Below, piece after piece: positions 1 to 8,766 of a stretch of 64,000 nt of DNA. Position numbers and translations under genes: made by a program. Under the pieces are notes generated by a model that worked only from the letters and a program-made list of their open reading frames with translations, had not been told where the DNA came from and ran no database searches. Within the stretch, counting starts at the first letter, position 1; each line of letters opens with the position of its first letter. Source of the DNA: Candidatus Bathyarchaeia archaeon (GTDB taxonomy: Archaea; Thermoproteota; Bathyarchaeia; Bathyarchaeales; Bathycorpusculaceae); contig JAWCNZ010000005.1 in NCBI GenBank assembly GCA_038848005.1, positions 1,647 to 65,646 on the forward strand, in the 5' to 3' direction.

Positions 1-1167
1 CCAGAAGTTGACGAAGTTATCCAAAAGGCGAAGGAGTGCAAGCAATGCGGCAACTGCAGAAGGGCTTGTCCACAAGATTTGCCAATTCCAGAAGCCATGA
101 GCTTGGCGAAAAACGGCGATTTAAAAGGGCTTGATGACCTTTACGAGTTTTGTATTGGCTGTGGAAGATGCGAAGAAGCTTGCCCTGTTAGCTTGCAGAT
201 TCACAGCTTTATTGTTAAGGCTGGGGAGAAAAAACTGAAAGAGGAAACTTACAAAGTGCGGGCTGGAAGAGGCGCAATACAAGACGTGGAAATAAGAAAT
301 GTTGGAAGTCCAATCGTGCTCGGCGAAATTCCAGGCGTAATCGCCTTTGTCGGATGTGCAAACTATCCTAAAGGCGGAGTGGAAATAGCTGAAATGTGCC
401 GTGAATTCGCTAATAGGCGGTATATAGTTGTAACTTCTGGATGCGCCGCCATGTCAGCTGGCATGCATAAAGACGAAGATGGAAAAACGCCTTATGAGGC
501 TTTCACAGGCGAATTCACGGCTGGAGGAATCGTTAACGTTGGCTCTTGCGTTGCGAATTCGCATATTGCAGGTGCAGCCATAAAAATTGCAAGCATATTT
601 GCAAAACGGAATTTAAGAGCAAATTATGAGGAAATAGCAGATTATATATTGAACCGCGTCGGCGCCGTGGGTGTGGCATGGGGTGCCATGTCGCAGAAGG
701 CAGCGGCAATTGCAAGCGGATTCTGGCGTTTAGGAGTACCAGTAATTGTTGGTCCACACGGAATCAAATATAGACGCATGCTTTTGGGAAGGGCTGACCG
801 CGAAGAAGACTGGTATGTTTATGACGCACGCAGTGGCGAACGGGTTTATGTGGGACCAGCTCCTGAACATCTGTTTTATGCAGCGGAAACGAAAGAGGAA
901 GCTATGGTTATGATTGCTAAGCTTTGCATGCGTCCCAACGACACCACGAAGGGAAGAGCCATAAAACTGACTCACTATATCGATTTGCATAAGAGGTTTT
1001 ATGGAACAATGCCTGAAGACATAAACTTGTTTGTGCGTAATATTGGTGATATACCAATAACAATGAAGGATGAAATAGTGAAGATTTTAGAAAATAAGGG
1101 GTGGAGGGAAACCGTAATTCCAGACCCGACGCTTCTGCCTAGATTAATTAGGAAAAGGAAGGAGTGA
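1..1167 (+). CDS. cdhA: CO dehydrogenase/acetyl-CoA synthase subunit alpha (CdhA), C-terminal part; 5' end is outside the window
   Basis: Frame 1 is open from base 1 with no start in the window. Two ferredoxin-type motifs ([24 protein letters not shown]) are followed by the CODH alpha C-terminal region. First gene in the cdhABCDE order. Confidence 0.9.
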   Translation, partial: PEVDEVIQKAKECKQCGNCRRACPQDLPIPEAMSLAKNGDLKGLDDLYEFCIGCGRCEEACPVSLQIHSFIVKAGEKKLKEETYKVRAGRGAIQDVEIRNVGSPIVLGEIPGVIAFVGCANYPKGGVEIAEMCREFANRRYIVVTSGCAAMSAGMHKDEDGKTPYEAFTGEFTAGGIVNVGSCVANSHIAGAAIKIASIFAKRNLRANYEEIADYILNRVGAVGVAWGAMSQKAAAIASGFWRLGVPVIVGPHGIKYRRMLLGRADREEDWYVYDARSGERVYVGPAPEHLFYAAETKEEAMVMIAKLCMRPNDTTKGRAIKLTHYIDLHKRFYGTMPEDINLFVRNIGDIPITMKDEIVKILENKGWRETVIPDPTLLPRLIRKRKE

Positions 1168-1715
1168 AAAAGCGGATGGCGACGGCTGAACCTTGGCAAA
1201 CAGCGGAAATCCCCGGACCCAAAAGGGCTTTAGTCATTACAAAACCTGAAGTTGTTGTTGCAATGATAGAAAGGGCAAAACGTCCCATTTTAGTTGTTGG
1301 GCATAAGGCTGTAGAAACAAGCCTTGAAGATAAAAAGTTGATAGACTACATTATTGAGTTGGCGAGGAAAGCCCGCATACCAGTTGTGGCTACTGCCCAC
1401 ATAGTAGGCGAATTTTTAAGGAGAGGTTTTCAGCCTGCTGGTTGGATGCCAGCGGTGGACATAGCCAACAGACTTGCCGACTCAAAATGGAATGGACTTG
1501 ACGGCGGAGGCTTATACGATTTGGCTTTGTTTGTGAGTCTTCCCTATTACATGGAGTGGACAATTCTTTCTGGGTTGAAGCATTTTGTGCCAAACCTTAA
1601 AACCATAACTTTAGACAACATGTATCAGCCACATGCAAGCTGGTCTTTCCCAAACATGAACGTTAAAGAATGGACTGAAAACCTCAAAATTATAATTGAA
1701 AAGTTGGGTGAGTAG
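1164..1715 (+). CDS. cdhB: CODH/ACS subunit epsilon (CdhB)
   Basis: 183 aa. Start overlaps the cdhA stop by 4 nt (ATG at 1176 is an alternative). Size and position between the alpha and beta subunits fit epsilon. Confidence 0.85.
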   Translation: MKKRMATAEPWQTAEIPGPKRALVITKPEVVVAMIERAKRPILVVGHKAVETSLEDKKLIDYIIELARKARIPVVATAHIVGEFLRRGFQPAGWMPAVDIANRLADSKWNGLDGGGLYDLALFVSLPYYMEWTILSGLKHFVPNLKTITLDNMYQPHASWSFPNMNVKEWTENLKIIIEKLGE

Positions 1716-1719
1716 CAAA

Positions 1720-3123
1720 ATGTCGATGTTTAGTGACATACCAGTTAACGTGGGCGTAATCTACGAAGGCGAAAGAATACGAAAAGATGACATGTATGTT
1801 GAGTTGGGCGGTCCAAAGGTTAAGGAAAAGTTCGAGTTGGCAAGAGTGAAGAAGCCCGAAGAAATCGAGGATGGAAAAATAACCGTTATAGGTCCAGACT
1901 TGAAGGACATGCAAGAGGGAAAAAGCTATCCTTTTGGAATCCTCGTTGAAGTTGCAGGCGCAAAACTTGAGCCTGAACTTGAAGGCGTAATAGAAAGGCG
2001 AATACACGCTTACTGCAATTACATCGAAGGTTTCATGCACCTAAACCAACGCTATGACATTTGGCTTAGGCTTGGCAAAAAATCCTTCCAAAAAGGCTTA
2101 AACACATTCCAATACATCGGCAAAGTTTTGCATAGGCTTTTCAAAAGCGAACTGCCAATAATAGAGAAAATGCAAGTAACCTTCATAACAGACCCAGAAA
2201 AAATAAGGGAACTCTACAACGAAGCCTTAAAAATTTATGAGGAAAGAGACGCTAGGGCTAGGGGATTAAAAGACGAAGAAGTGGACAAATTTTATGGATG
2301 TGTCCTATGCCAATCATTCGCCCCAACCCACGTATGCGTTATTACGCCTCAAAGATACTCAAACTGCGGCGCAATAAGCTGGTTTGACGGAAGAGCAGCG
2401 GCCAACATAGACCCTAAAGGACCAGTGTTCACAATAGAGAAGGGAGAACTGCTTGACCCTGTTAAAGGCGAGTTTTCAGGTGTGGATGAAGCTGTTAAGA
2501 GGAAGTCTTTGGGAGAAATCACGCGGGTTTGGCTTTACACGGCTTTTGGTTATCCACACACGAGCTGCGGCTGTTTTGAGGCTGTAGCCTTCTACATTCC
2601 AGAAGTTGACGGCTTCGGCATAGTGCATAGGGGCTACAGAGACATAACAGTTAACGGATTAGCCTTTTCAACAATTGCAGATTCAACGGCTGGAGGACGC
2701 CAAGTTGACGGTTTCCATGGAATATCCATTGAGTACATGCGGTCTCCAAAGTTTTTGCAGGCAGACGGCGGATGGAACCGCGTGGTTTGGATGCCGAAGG
2801 AAGTTAAGGAAAGAGTGAAAAACTTTATCCCATCAGGGCTTGTTGACAAAATCGCCACAGAAGAAAATGCCAAAACAATTGAGGACTTAAAGGTTTTCTT
2901 GAGGGAACGCAACCATCCAGTTGTGGAAAAGTGGAAAGTGGAAGAGGCTGTTGCCGTTCCAGCCGAAATGAAGGAGGAGGAAGCTGCGCCGACGCCTGTT
3001 ATCACGACTGGCACATTGCCCATAACAGCTGGAGGCTTCAAAATAATATTGAAAGAAGCGAAAATATACGCTAAAAAAGTGATTATTCGCACATTAAAAA
3101 GCGAAAAAACCGATAAAGGGTGA
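1720..3123 (+). CDS. cdhC: CODH/ACS subunit beta (acetyl-CoA synthase, CdhC)
   Basis: A-cluster region CVLCQSFAPTHVCVITPQRYSNCGAISW and HTSCGCFE. I prefer ATG 1720 (after the cdhB stop at 1715) over the track start at 1696. Confidence 0.92.
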   Translation: MSMFSDIPVNVGVIYEGERIRKDDMYVELGGPKVKEKFELARVKKPEEIEDGKITVIGPDLKDMQEGKSYPFGILVEVAGAKLEPELEGVIERRIHAYCNYIEGFMHLNQRYDIWLRLGKKSFQKGLNTFQYIGKVLHRLFKSELPIIEKMQVTFITDPEKIRELYNEALKIYEERDARARGLKDEEVDKFYGCVLCQSFAPTHVCVITPQRYSNCGAISWFDGRAAANIDPKGPVFTIEKGELLDPVKGEFSGVDEAVKRKSLGEITRVWLYTAFGYPHTSCGCFEAVAFYIPEVDGFGIVHRGYRDITVNGLAFSTIADSTAGGRQVDGFHGISIEYMRSPKFLQADGGWNRVVWMPKEVKERVKNFIPSGLVDKIATEENAKTIEDLKVFLRERNHPVVEKWKVEEAVAVPAEMKEEEAAPTPVITTGTLPITAGGFKIILKEAKIYAKKVIIRTLKSEKTDKG

Positions 3124-3127
3124 AAAA

Positions 3128-4339
3128 TTGCCTGAAAAAAAGGAAGAGAGAGAGGAAAATTTAGGTTTAAAGTTGAATTCACGTTTAATGGAGCTTCTCG
3201 CAAAACTTCAAGAAATTGAACTTGAAGATTTTGAGATGGACGTTGGAGACCTGGAAATTTGGATACAACCAAGCGCCATAGCCGCCCCACCGAAAATCGC
3301 CCCCGCAGTTGAAGGAAAACCAACAAGGATAATTGAAGCAGAGTTTACACCGCCTGTTGAGGCTTATCCGGGCAAGGTTGTAGAGGTAAAGCTTGGAGCC
3401 ACAAAAAGCGAAGGTGGAACACGTGGAAAATCAATAACCATTGGAGGTGAAACAGCGCCGCCCTTCTACACTTTTGAAAAGCCGACGCCGCATCCTCCAG
3501 TTATAGCCATAGACGTTTTCGACATGAAAGTTCCACTGCCAAAAGCCGTGAAAATGCATTTAAAAGACGTTTTGGAAGATCCGGCTGCATGGGCTAAACT
3601 TGCAGTTGAAAAGTTTGGAGCAGACCTCTTAACCATACACTTGATAAGCATAGACCCGCTTGTTAAAAATGCAACGCCGAAAGAAGCTGTAAAGACCGTG
3701 GAGGAAGTCGCCCAAGCAGTGGATGTACCGCTCATAATAGGCGGATGTGGAGACCCAGTTAAAGACGCTGATGTTTTTGAGGTTGTAGCCGAAACCTTCG
3801 CTGGAGAAAGATTTTTGATAAGTTCAATAACAAGGGACATGGACGTGGAAAGATGCGCAAAATTCGTTAAAAAGAATGGGCATGTGGCGTTGTCGTTTAC
3901 TCCCATGGATTTAAATTTAGCCAGAGAGCTTAACCGTAGATTATACGATTTCCTGCCAAAAGAAGACATAATCATGGACTTAACAACAGCAGCATTGGGC
4001 TACGGCTTAGATTATGCATTCACAAACATGGAAAGAGCTAGACTCGCGGCTTTAATGGGAGACCCAGAGTTGGCTCATCCCATGTCTTCTGGAACAACAA
4101 ACGCTTGGGCAGCACGAGAAGCATGGATGGAGATGACGCTGGAATGGGAACCCCGCGAATTAAGGGGTCCACTCTGGGAAGTGGTAACAGCCCTAACGCT
4201 TCTGCTTGCAGGCGTAGACCTGTTTATGATGATGCATCCAGCCGCTGTAAAAACCATTAAAGACATCATCAACCAGCTTTTAAGTGGAAGTTCAGGCAAC
4301 GCCGAAAAACTCGTTGAGTGGGTTTCAATGAAAATTTAG
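3128..4339 (+). CDS. cdhD: CODH/ACS subunit delta (corrinoid Fe-S protein small subunit, CdhD)
   Basis: 403 aa, TTG start 4 nt after the cdhC stop. Position and length match delta. Start codon uncertain. Confidence 0.85.
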   Translation: MPEKKEEREENLGLKLNSRLMELLAKLQEIELEDFEMDVGDLEIWIQPSAIAAPPKIAPAVEGKPTRIIEAEFTPPVEAYPGKVVEVKLGATKSEGGTRGKSITIGGETAPPFYTFEKPTPHPPVIAIDVFDMKVPLPKAVKMHLKDVLEDPAAWAKLAVEKFGADLLTIHLISIDPLVKNATPKEAVKTVEEVAQAVDVPLIIGGCGDPVKDADVFEVVAETFAGERFLISSITRDMDVERCAKFVKKNGHVALSFTPMDLNLARELNRRLYDFLPKEDIIMDLTTAALGYGLDYAFTNMERARLAALMGDPELAHPMSSGTTNAWAAREAWMEMTLEWEPRELRGPLWEVVTALTLLLAGVDLFMMMHPAAVKTIKDIINQLLSGSSGNAEKLVEWVSMKI

Positions 4340-4356
4340 TTTTCGGAGGCTTACTC

Positions 4357-5793
4357 ATGAGTGAAAGAGAAGCCAAATCGAAAGTTGGCTTAAAAGAGCT
4401 AAGCCCCATCGACGTTTACAAGCTTCTTCCAAAAATAAATTGTAAGGAGTGCGGCGAAGAAAACTGTATGGCTTTTGCAACAAAAGTTGTAAACCGTGAA
4501 ATAGCCATTGAAAAGTGTCCGCCGCTTTTAACTAAGGAACGTGAAAAAGCCTATAGACAATTGAAGGAAATGTTGAAGCCAGCTGTGAAAGAGGTTGTTA
4601 TAGGCGTTGGAGAAAACGCCGTTAAAATCGGCGGAAAACTCGTAATGCACCGCCACGAACTTACGTATTTTAATCCAACAGCAATCGCCATAGACGTAAC
4701 GGACGAAATGCCCGAAAACGAAATACTGGAAAGAATAAGAAAAACTGAGAATTTCAAGTTTGAATATATCGGGCAAACTTTAAAACTTGACATGATAGCA
4801 ATACGCTCCACATCAAACAACCCAGAAACATTCGAAAAAATAGTTAAAAAAGCCGTTGAAAACACAAAACTACCCTTAATTTTATGTTCGTTAAATCCAA
4901 AAGTTTTAGAAGCTGGATTGAAAGTTGCCTCAAAATTAAGACCGCTCCTATACGCAGCTACAAAAGAAAATTGGCTGGAAATGGCTGAACTAGCCCTAAA
5001 ACACAATTGTCCACTAACAGTTTCTGCACCAAACAACCTAAAACTCCTAAAATCCCTAACAAAAACATTGCTTGAATATGGCGTTGAAGACCTTGTGTTG
5101 GACCCCGGCACTTTTCCAAGCGACGGCTTAGCGGATACACTAAACAATTTCACGATGATTCGCCGAGCCGCATGTAAAAAAGGCGATGAACTGTTGGGTT
5201 TTCCGTTAATCGGCGTGCCCATGACCGCGTGGATGGGAAGAGGCGAAGCGCCTGTGGAAGTTGCCAAATGGAAAGAAGCCTGTTTGGCGGCTATGCTTAT
5301 TGTGCGGTATGCGGACATTCTCATAATGCACAGTACCGACGGGTGGGCGCTTCTGCCAACAGTTGTACTGCGACAGAACATTTACACAGACCCACGGAAA
5401 CCAGTGGCAGTTGCGCCTGGCTTAAAGGCTTTCGGAACACCAGACGAAAAATCGCCAGTAATGTTCACAACAAACTTCGCATTAACATATTACACCGTAG
5501 CCTCAGACATAGAATCCGCAAAAATAAACTGTTACTTACTTGTTGTTGACACTGAAGGAATAGCCGTTGACAGCGCAGTCGCTGGCAGAAAACTAACAGC
5601 TGAAAAAGTCGCCGAAGCGATAAAGGCTTCTGGAATAGAAAACAAAGTCAAACATAAAAAACTTATAATTCCTGGAAAAGCAGCACGTCTAAGCGGCGAA
5701 ATAGAAGAATTAAGCGGATGGCAAGTCCTAGTTGGACCAAGAGACTCTTCGGATATACCAAAATTCCTACAAGAAAAATGGCATACACCCTAA
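4357..5793 (+). CDS. cdhE: CODH/ACS subunit gamma (corrinoid Fe-S protein large subunit, CdhE)
   Basis: N-terminal Cys cluster CKECGEENCMAFA...KCP. GGAGG lies about 8 nt upstream of ATG 4357. The track start at 4318 would overlap the cdhD end. Confidence 0.9.
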   Translation: MSEREAKSKVGLKELSPIDVYKLLPKINCKECGEENCMAFATKVVNREIAIEKCPPLLTKEREKAYRQLKEMLKPAVKEVVIGVGENAVKIGGKLVMHRHELTYFNPTAIAIDVTDEMPENEILERIRKTENFKFEYIGQTLKLDMIAIRSTSNNPETFEKIVKKAVENTKLPLILCSLNPKVLEAGLKVASKLRPLLYAATKENWLEMAELALKHNCPLTVSAPNNLKLLKSLTKTLLEYGVEDLVLDPGTFPSDGLADTLNNFTMIRRAACKKGDELLGFPLIGVPMTAWMGRGEAPVEVAKWKEACLAAMLIVRYADILIMHSTDGWALLPTVVLRQNIYTDPRKPVAVAPGLKAFGTPDEKSPVMFTTNFALTYYTVASDIESAKINCYLLVVDTEGIAVDSAVAGRKLTAEKVAEAIKASGIENKVKHKKLIIPGKAARLSGEIEELSGWQVLVGPRDSSDIPKFLQEKWHTP

Positions 5794-5939
5794 CTTTAAA
5801 TTTCAACCAACAAAATCTAGAGAGAGTATCCAACTTTGCTGATTGTGAGCATCTGCAAAATTGACATGACCTTAAAAACCAAAAAGCATAACAGCCAAAA
5901 ACAATAATAGAGTAGCGTCAGAATTGGGCGTGACTGCGC

Positions 5940-6600
5940 TTGGAAGCCTATAAAGTGAGGGTTTATGGAAGGATCCAAAGAGTCGGATTTAGAGGACAAA
6001 TTTTGGACTTAGCCCAAGAACTAATGTTAAGTGGAAACGCCAAAAACATGTCCGACGGCTCAATCGAAATATTTGTGCAAGGCGAAAAAGAACAACTTAC
6101 AAAATTTTTCGAAAGGTTAGAGCAGCCCATGCCGCCAGCAAAGATAACAGGAAATAAAAAAGGAAGAGGCAAATCCAAACCCAGAAATAAAAGAGTTCAA
6201 AATTGTTTATGGAGAGCTAGGCGAAGAACTCCAAGAAGGATTTGGAGCAATGCAAACAATATTCGCAGATTACCGAAACGAATTCAAAGACTTTAAAGGA
6301 GAATTCAAAGACTTCAGACAAGAATTTAGGGATTACAGAGAAGAATTTAGAGATTTCAGAGGAGAATTTAAAGAATTTAGGCAGGAGTTTAGGGATTATA
6401 GGGAAGAGTTTAGAGATTTTGTTAAAAGAACTGATGAAAACTTTAAGTTAATTTCGGAGAAGTACGGCGAAATTTCTGAGAAGTTGACTGTGATACTTGA
6501 AACTTTGATTAGGGAGTCAAGGGAGACCAGAGAAATGTTGAATGAAACTATGAAGGCGTTAAAGGAAACTTTGGGAAAACTGGAAGTAAGCCATACTTAG
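5940..6600 (+). pseudogene. Acylphosphatase-domain protein fused to an aromatic heptad-repeat C-terminal region; reading frame is broken by a +1 shift near 6150
   Basis: 5940-6149 encodes VYGRIQRVGFRG...DGSIEIFVQGE...PPAKIT, an acylphosphatase fold. The expected last strand (EIKEFKIVYG) and everything to 6600 continue in the next frame from 6151. The original frame turns into Arg/Lys-rich junk after 6150. Confidence 0.6.
6280..6426 (+). repeat. Seven tandem 21-bp coding repeats, with a 63-bp higher-order unit
   Basis: Units start at 6280, 6301, 6322, 6343, 6364, 6385 and 6406. They translate as EFKDFKG, EFKDFRQ, EFRDYRE, EFRDFRG, EFKEFRQ, EFRDYRE, EFRDFVK. Confidence 0.9.
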
Positions 6601-6606
6601 CGGAAA

Positions 6607-7095
6607 TTATTTAGCCATTGAGGGTTTGTATCTTTTAACATATTCTTCAAATGTTGGGGATATGGCTTTAACTCTTTCAAAACGTTTTTTTGCGCTGATG
6701 CCTTGTTGAAGCATAATGAAGTTTCTCGGCGTGCTGAAGCTTTCAACTTTGCTGTTTGGTCTTTCCCTTGAAACTTTTATGCAGTCGTCCACTATGCAGT
6801 TGATGACGCAAGCGCCGCAGTAAATGCAGAATTCTTCTGTTACGCCCACTTCGCCGGTTTTCCAGTATAAGGCGTTTGTTGGACAAGCTTTAATGCATAG
6901 TTTGCATTCAACGCCCTTGCATGTTCTTTTGTTGATGGTTATGTTTCCTTTAACGAAGAAGTCGGTTATCCCCAAAGATGCTAGAAGTTCGTCTTTCCGC
7001 TTCTTTTTCTCCTTTTCGGCAGTTTCCATTAAAATCTGGAATATATCAACGTCTGAAGGTTTAGTGGATTTGCTTTTTTTGGGCATTTTATTCAT
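6607..7095 (-). CDS. 4Fe-4S dicluster ferredoxin-domain protein with a Lys-rich N-terminus
   Basis: Motifs CKGVECKLCIKACP and CIYCGACVINC. 162 aa. Confidence 0.8.
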   Translation of the reverse strand: MNKMPKKSKSTKPSDVDIFQILMETAEKEKKKRKDELLASLGITDFFVKGNITINKRTCKGVECKLCIKACPTNALYWKTGEVGVTEEFCIYCGACVINCIVDDCIKVSRERPNSKVESFSTPRNFIMLQQGISAKKRFERVKAISPTFEEYVKRYKPSMAK

Positions 7096-7179
7096 CTTTT
7101 AAATTAATTATAACTGTTAGGGCGTATAATTATCCTTTATCGCATGTAAGCGCTTGTTAAAAGCGATTGTGACTTGAAG

Positions 7180-7187
7180 TTTATAAG
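7180..7187 (+). promoter_or_regulatory. Candidate TATA box for the CooT-like gene
   Basis: TTTATAAG lies 34 nt upstream of ATG 7222. Confidence 0.3.
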
Positions 7188-7221
7188 TAACCTTTTGTAT
7201 TAGACTGCTGGTTGAGTTGGA

Positions 7222-7401
7222 ATGTGCGAGTTTAACGTGATTATTGACGGAAAAACGGTTTTAAAGGATGTAGTTTATGCAAAAATGGAAAATAACACTG
7301 TAATTGTCAGAGATGCACTTGGAAAATCTAAAGAGTTTAGAAACTGCAAAATTGTGGAAGTTGACGTGAACACTACACGTCTTGTAATATCGAAACAATA
7401 A
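7222..7401 (+). CDS. cooT: CooT-family nickel-binding CODH accessory protein (59 aa, below the ORF-track cutoff)
   Basis: Translation is MCEFNVIIDGKTVLKDVVYAKMENNTVIVRDALGKSKEFRNCKIVEVDVNTTRLVISKQ. The N-terminal Met-Cys-Glu, the length near 60 aa and the beta-rich pattern match CooT as I recall it. Sits next to the cdh cluster. Confidence 0.65.
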   Translation: MCEFNVIIDGKTVLKDVVYAKMENNTVIVRDALGKSKEFRNCKIVEVDVNTTRLVISKQ

Positions 7402-8209
7402 AACTTGCCGTTAACCCAAACAATATTGGAAAGGGCAAGCCTGGAAAAATTCTCTTTTTACGGAGCATTTTAAAAGTTGTGATACATCCGAGTAGAATGC
7501 CGGTTATAGAGGCTAAACATATATAAAAGCCAAAATTGAAAAGCATATGTCCAGAAAGCATGGAATAAAATATCAAATCGCCTAAACCCATTTGAATTTC
7601 TTTAAAAGAGAAGCTTAAACCCCTAAGTTGTTCAAGTCCACTGCGGGCTATTTTTCCAATTGGACCTTGATAAACAGCAAACACATCGTAAACTGCCAGG
7701 AAAACTAAAATCATTATTGCACTTAAAGTTGGAATTGAAACTCCTAGAAACGCTCCTAAAGCGCCTCCTAAACAGATAACTACTACATTGTAAAGTCGGC
7801 TGTGCGTTTTAAAAATTGCGGAGTAGGCGGTTGCTGTTACAAGCAAGGATAATGGCAAAACCAAAGGTTCCATGTCGCCGAAGGCGGTTAACTCAAGCAG
7901 AGCGCTTAAATAAAAAATTGAAAGCATGAAAATTGCCGTTGTTAAGGCGAATCTTGTGATTAAATTTATTAGTTTGAGGCTTTTTCGTTGCAGAAGCACA
8001 TACAACAGAAAGGCGCCAACTCCGACGAGGACTATGAAATAGAGGGCGTTGCCAAACGACCCTACACCTTCTTGGAAAGGAGTAACAGTGTAAGTTTCCG
8101 TTTGAGATGTTTTTATCAGAAAAGCGCAGAGAAACCCAAATAGTAAACTTGCAAGGATAGGCGTTAACAACACAATTTCTTTGTCAAATTTGTCATTCAA
8201 GGTTTTCAT
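7373..8209 (-). CDS. Presenilin/signal-peptide-peptidase family intramembrane aspartyl protease homolog
   Basis: Polytopic, 278 aa, with YD (LAVYDVFAVY) and GLGD (QMGLGDLIFYS) catalytic motifs and a C-terminal PGLP segment in place of PAL. Confidence 0.75.
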   Translation of the reverse strand: MKTLNDKFDKEIVLLTPILASLLFGFLCAFLIKTSQTETYTVTPFQEGVGSFGNALYFIVLVGVGAFLLYVLLQRKSLKLINLITRFALTTAIFMLSIFYLSALLELTAFGDMEPLVLPLSLLVTATAYSAIFKTHSRLYNVVVICLGGALGAFLGVSIPTLSAIMILVFLAVYDVFAVYQGPIGKIARSGLEQLRGLSFSFKEIQMGLGDLIFYSMLSGHMLFNFGFYICLASITGILLGCITTFKMLRKKRIFPGLPFPILFGLTASFIVSILQDV

Positions 8210-8757
8210 CTCAGATTTTCAATGGCGTTTTCAACATTGAAGTGACATTTATTACAGAATAAACTTTGCTTTCTGTCAGTTTCGAATATTGAATTGGAAA
8301 AATACATAACGCAAAAAGGGTTTAAACAATGTTTCAAGCCTAAAGTGTGTCCAAGCTCATGCACAGCCTCTTTTGTCCCTCTCTCCAATAGAAGGTTCAT
8401 GTTTGGCGGTTTTCCATAAAATTCTGGCTTAAGCCTCCACAACGAGATTAAAGCCGATTTTCCCGGGCATTCCGCCTCTCCAAACACGAAGTTCAACCCA
8501 GAAACGAAAATGTCGACATCTACTATTCCTAAAATTCGGTTTAGGAATTTAACCTTTTCAGCATGCCGCCTAACAATGACTAAAATTGCTTCTGAATTGT
8601 ATTGGTTTCTTGTTTTGTTGAATGTTTCTTTTGGAACTGACAGTTCCTCGGGGATTATGACGCATGTTGTTTTTGGAAAAGCCATTTCCAAGTTTTCACG
8701 TATTATATTAGCGATGTGCTGGTCTATTTGTCCGATGCGTAATATTCCAACTTTCAT
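8206..8757 (-). CDS. amzA: Archaemetzincin (zinc metalloprotease)
   Basis: HELGHTLGLKHC followed by CVMYF...CNKC, the archaemetzincin signature. 183 aa. Confidence 0.85.
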   Translation of the reverse strand: MKVGILRIGQIDQHIANIIRENLEMAFPKTTCVIIPEELSVPKETFNKTRNQYNSEAILVIVRRHAEKVKFLNRILGIVDVDIFVSGLNFVFGEAECPGKSALISLWRLKPEFYGKPPNMNLLLERGTKEAVHELGHTLGLKHCLNPFCVMYFSNSIFETDRKQSLFCNKCHFNVENAIENLR

Positions 8758-8766
8758 GGTTTCACT

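Noticed and set aside
2634-5381. Long antisense ORFs inside cdhC, cdhD and cdhE (2634-3326, 3466-3975, 4551-5381).
   Set aside because: They lie fully within strongly supported cdh genes on the other strand. They have Ser/Ala/Phe-rich low-complexity translations and no motifs.
6280-6426. The 21-bp tandem array could have been a CRISPR-like or non-coding minisatellite.
   Set aside because: The units are contiguous with no spacers and keep a perfect 7-codon phase. They encode a coherent EF+DF+x heptad inside a longer ORF with a non-repetitive C-terminus.
6242-6451. An alternative-frame 69-aa ORF across the repeat region (LKENSKTSDKNLGITEKNLEISEENLK...).
   Set aside because: It looks repetitive only because the DNA is repetitive. 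It has no non-repeat flanks. The other frame connects to the acylphosphatase C-terminal strand and a 60-aa helical tail.
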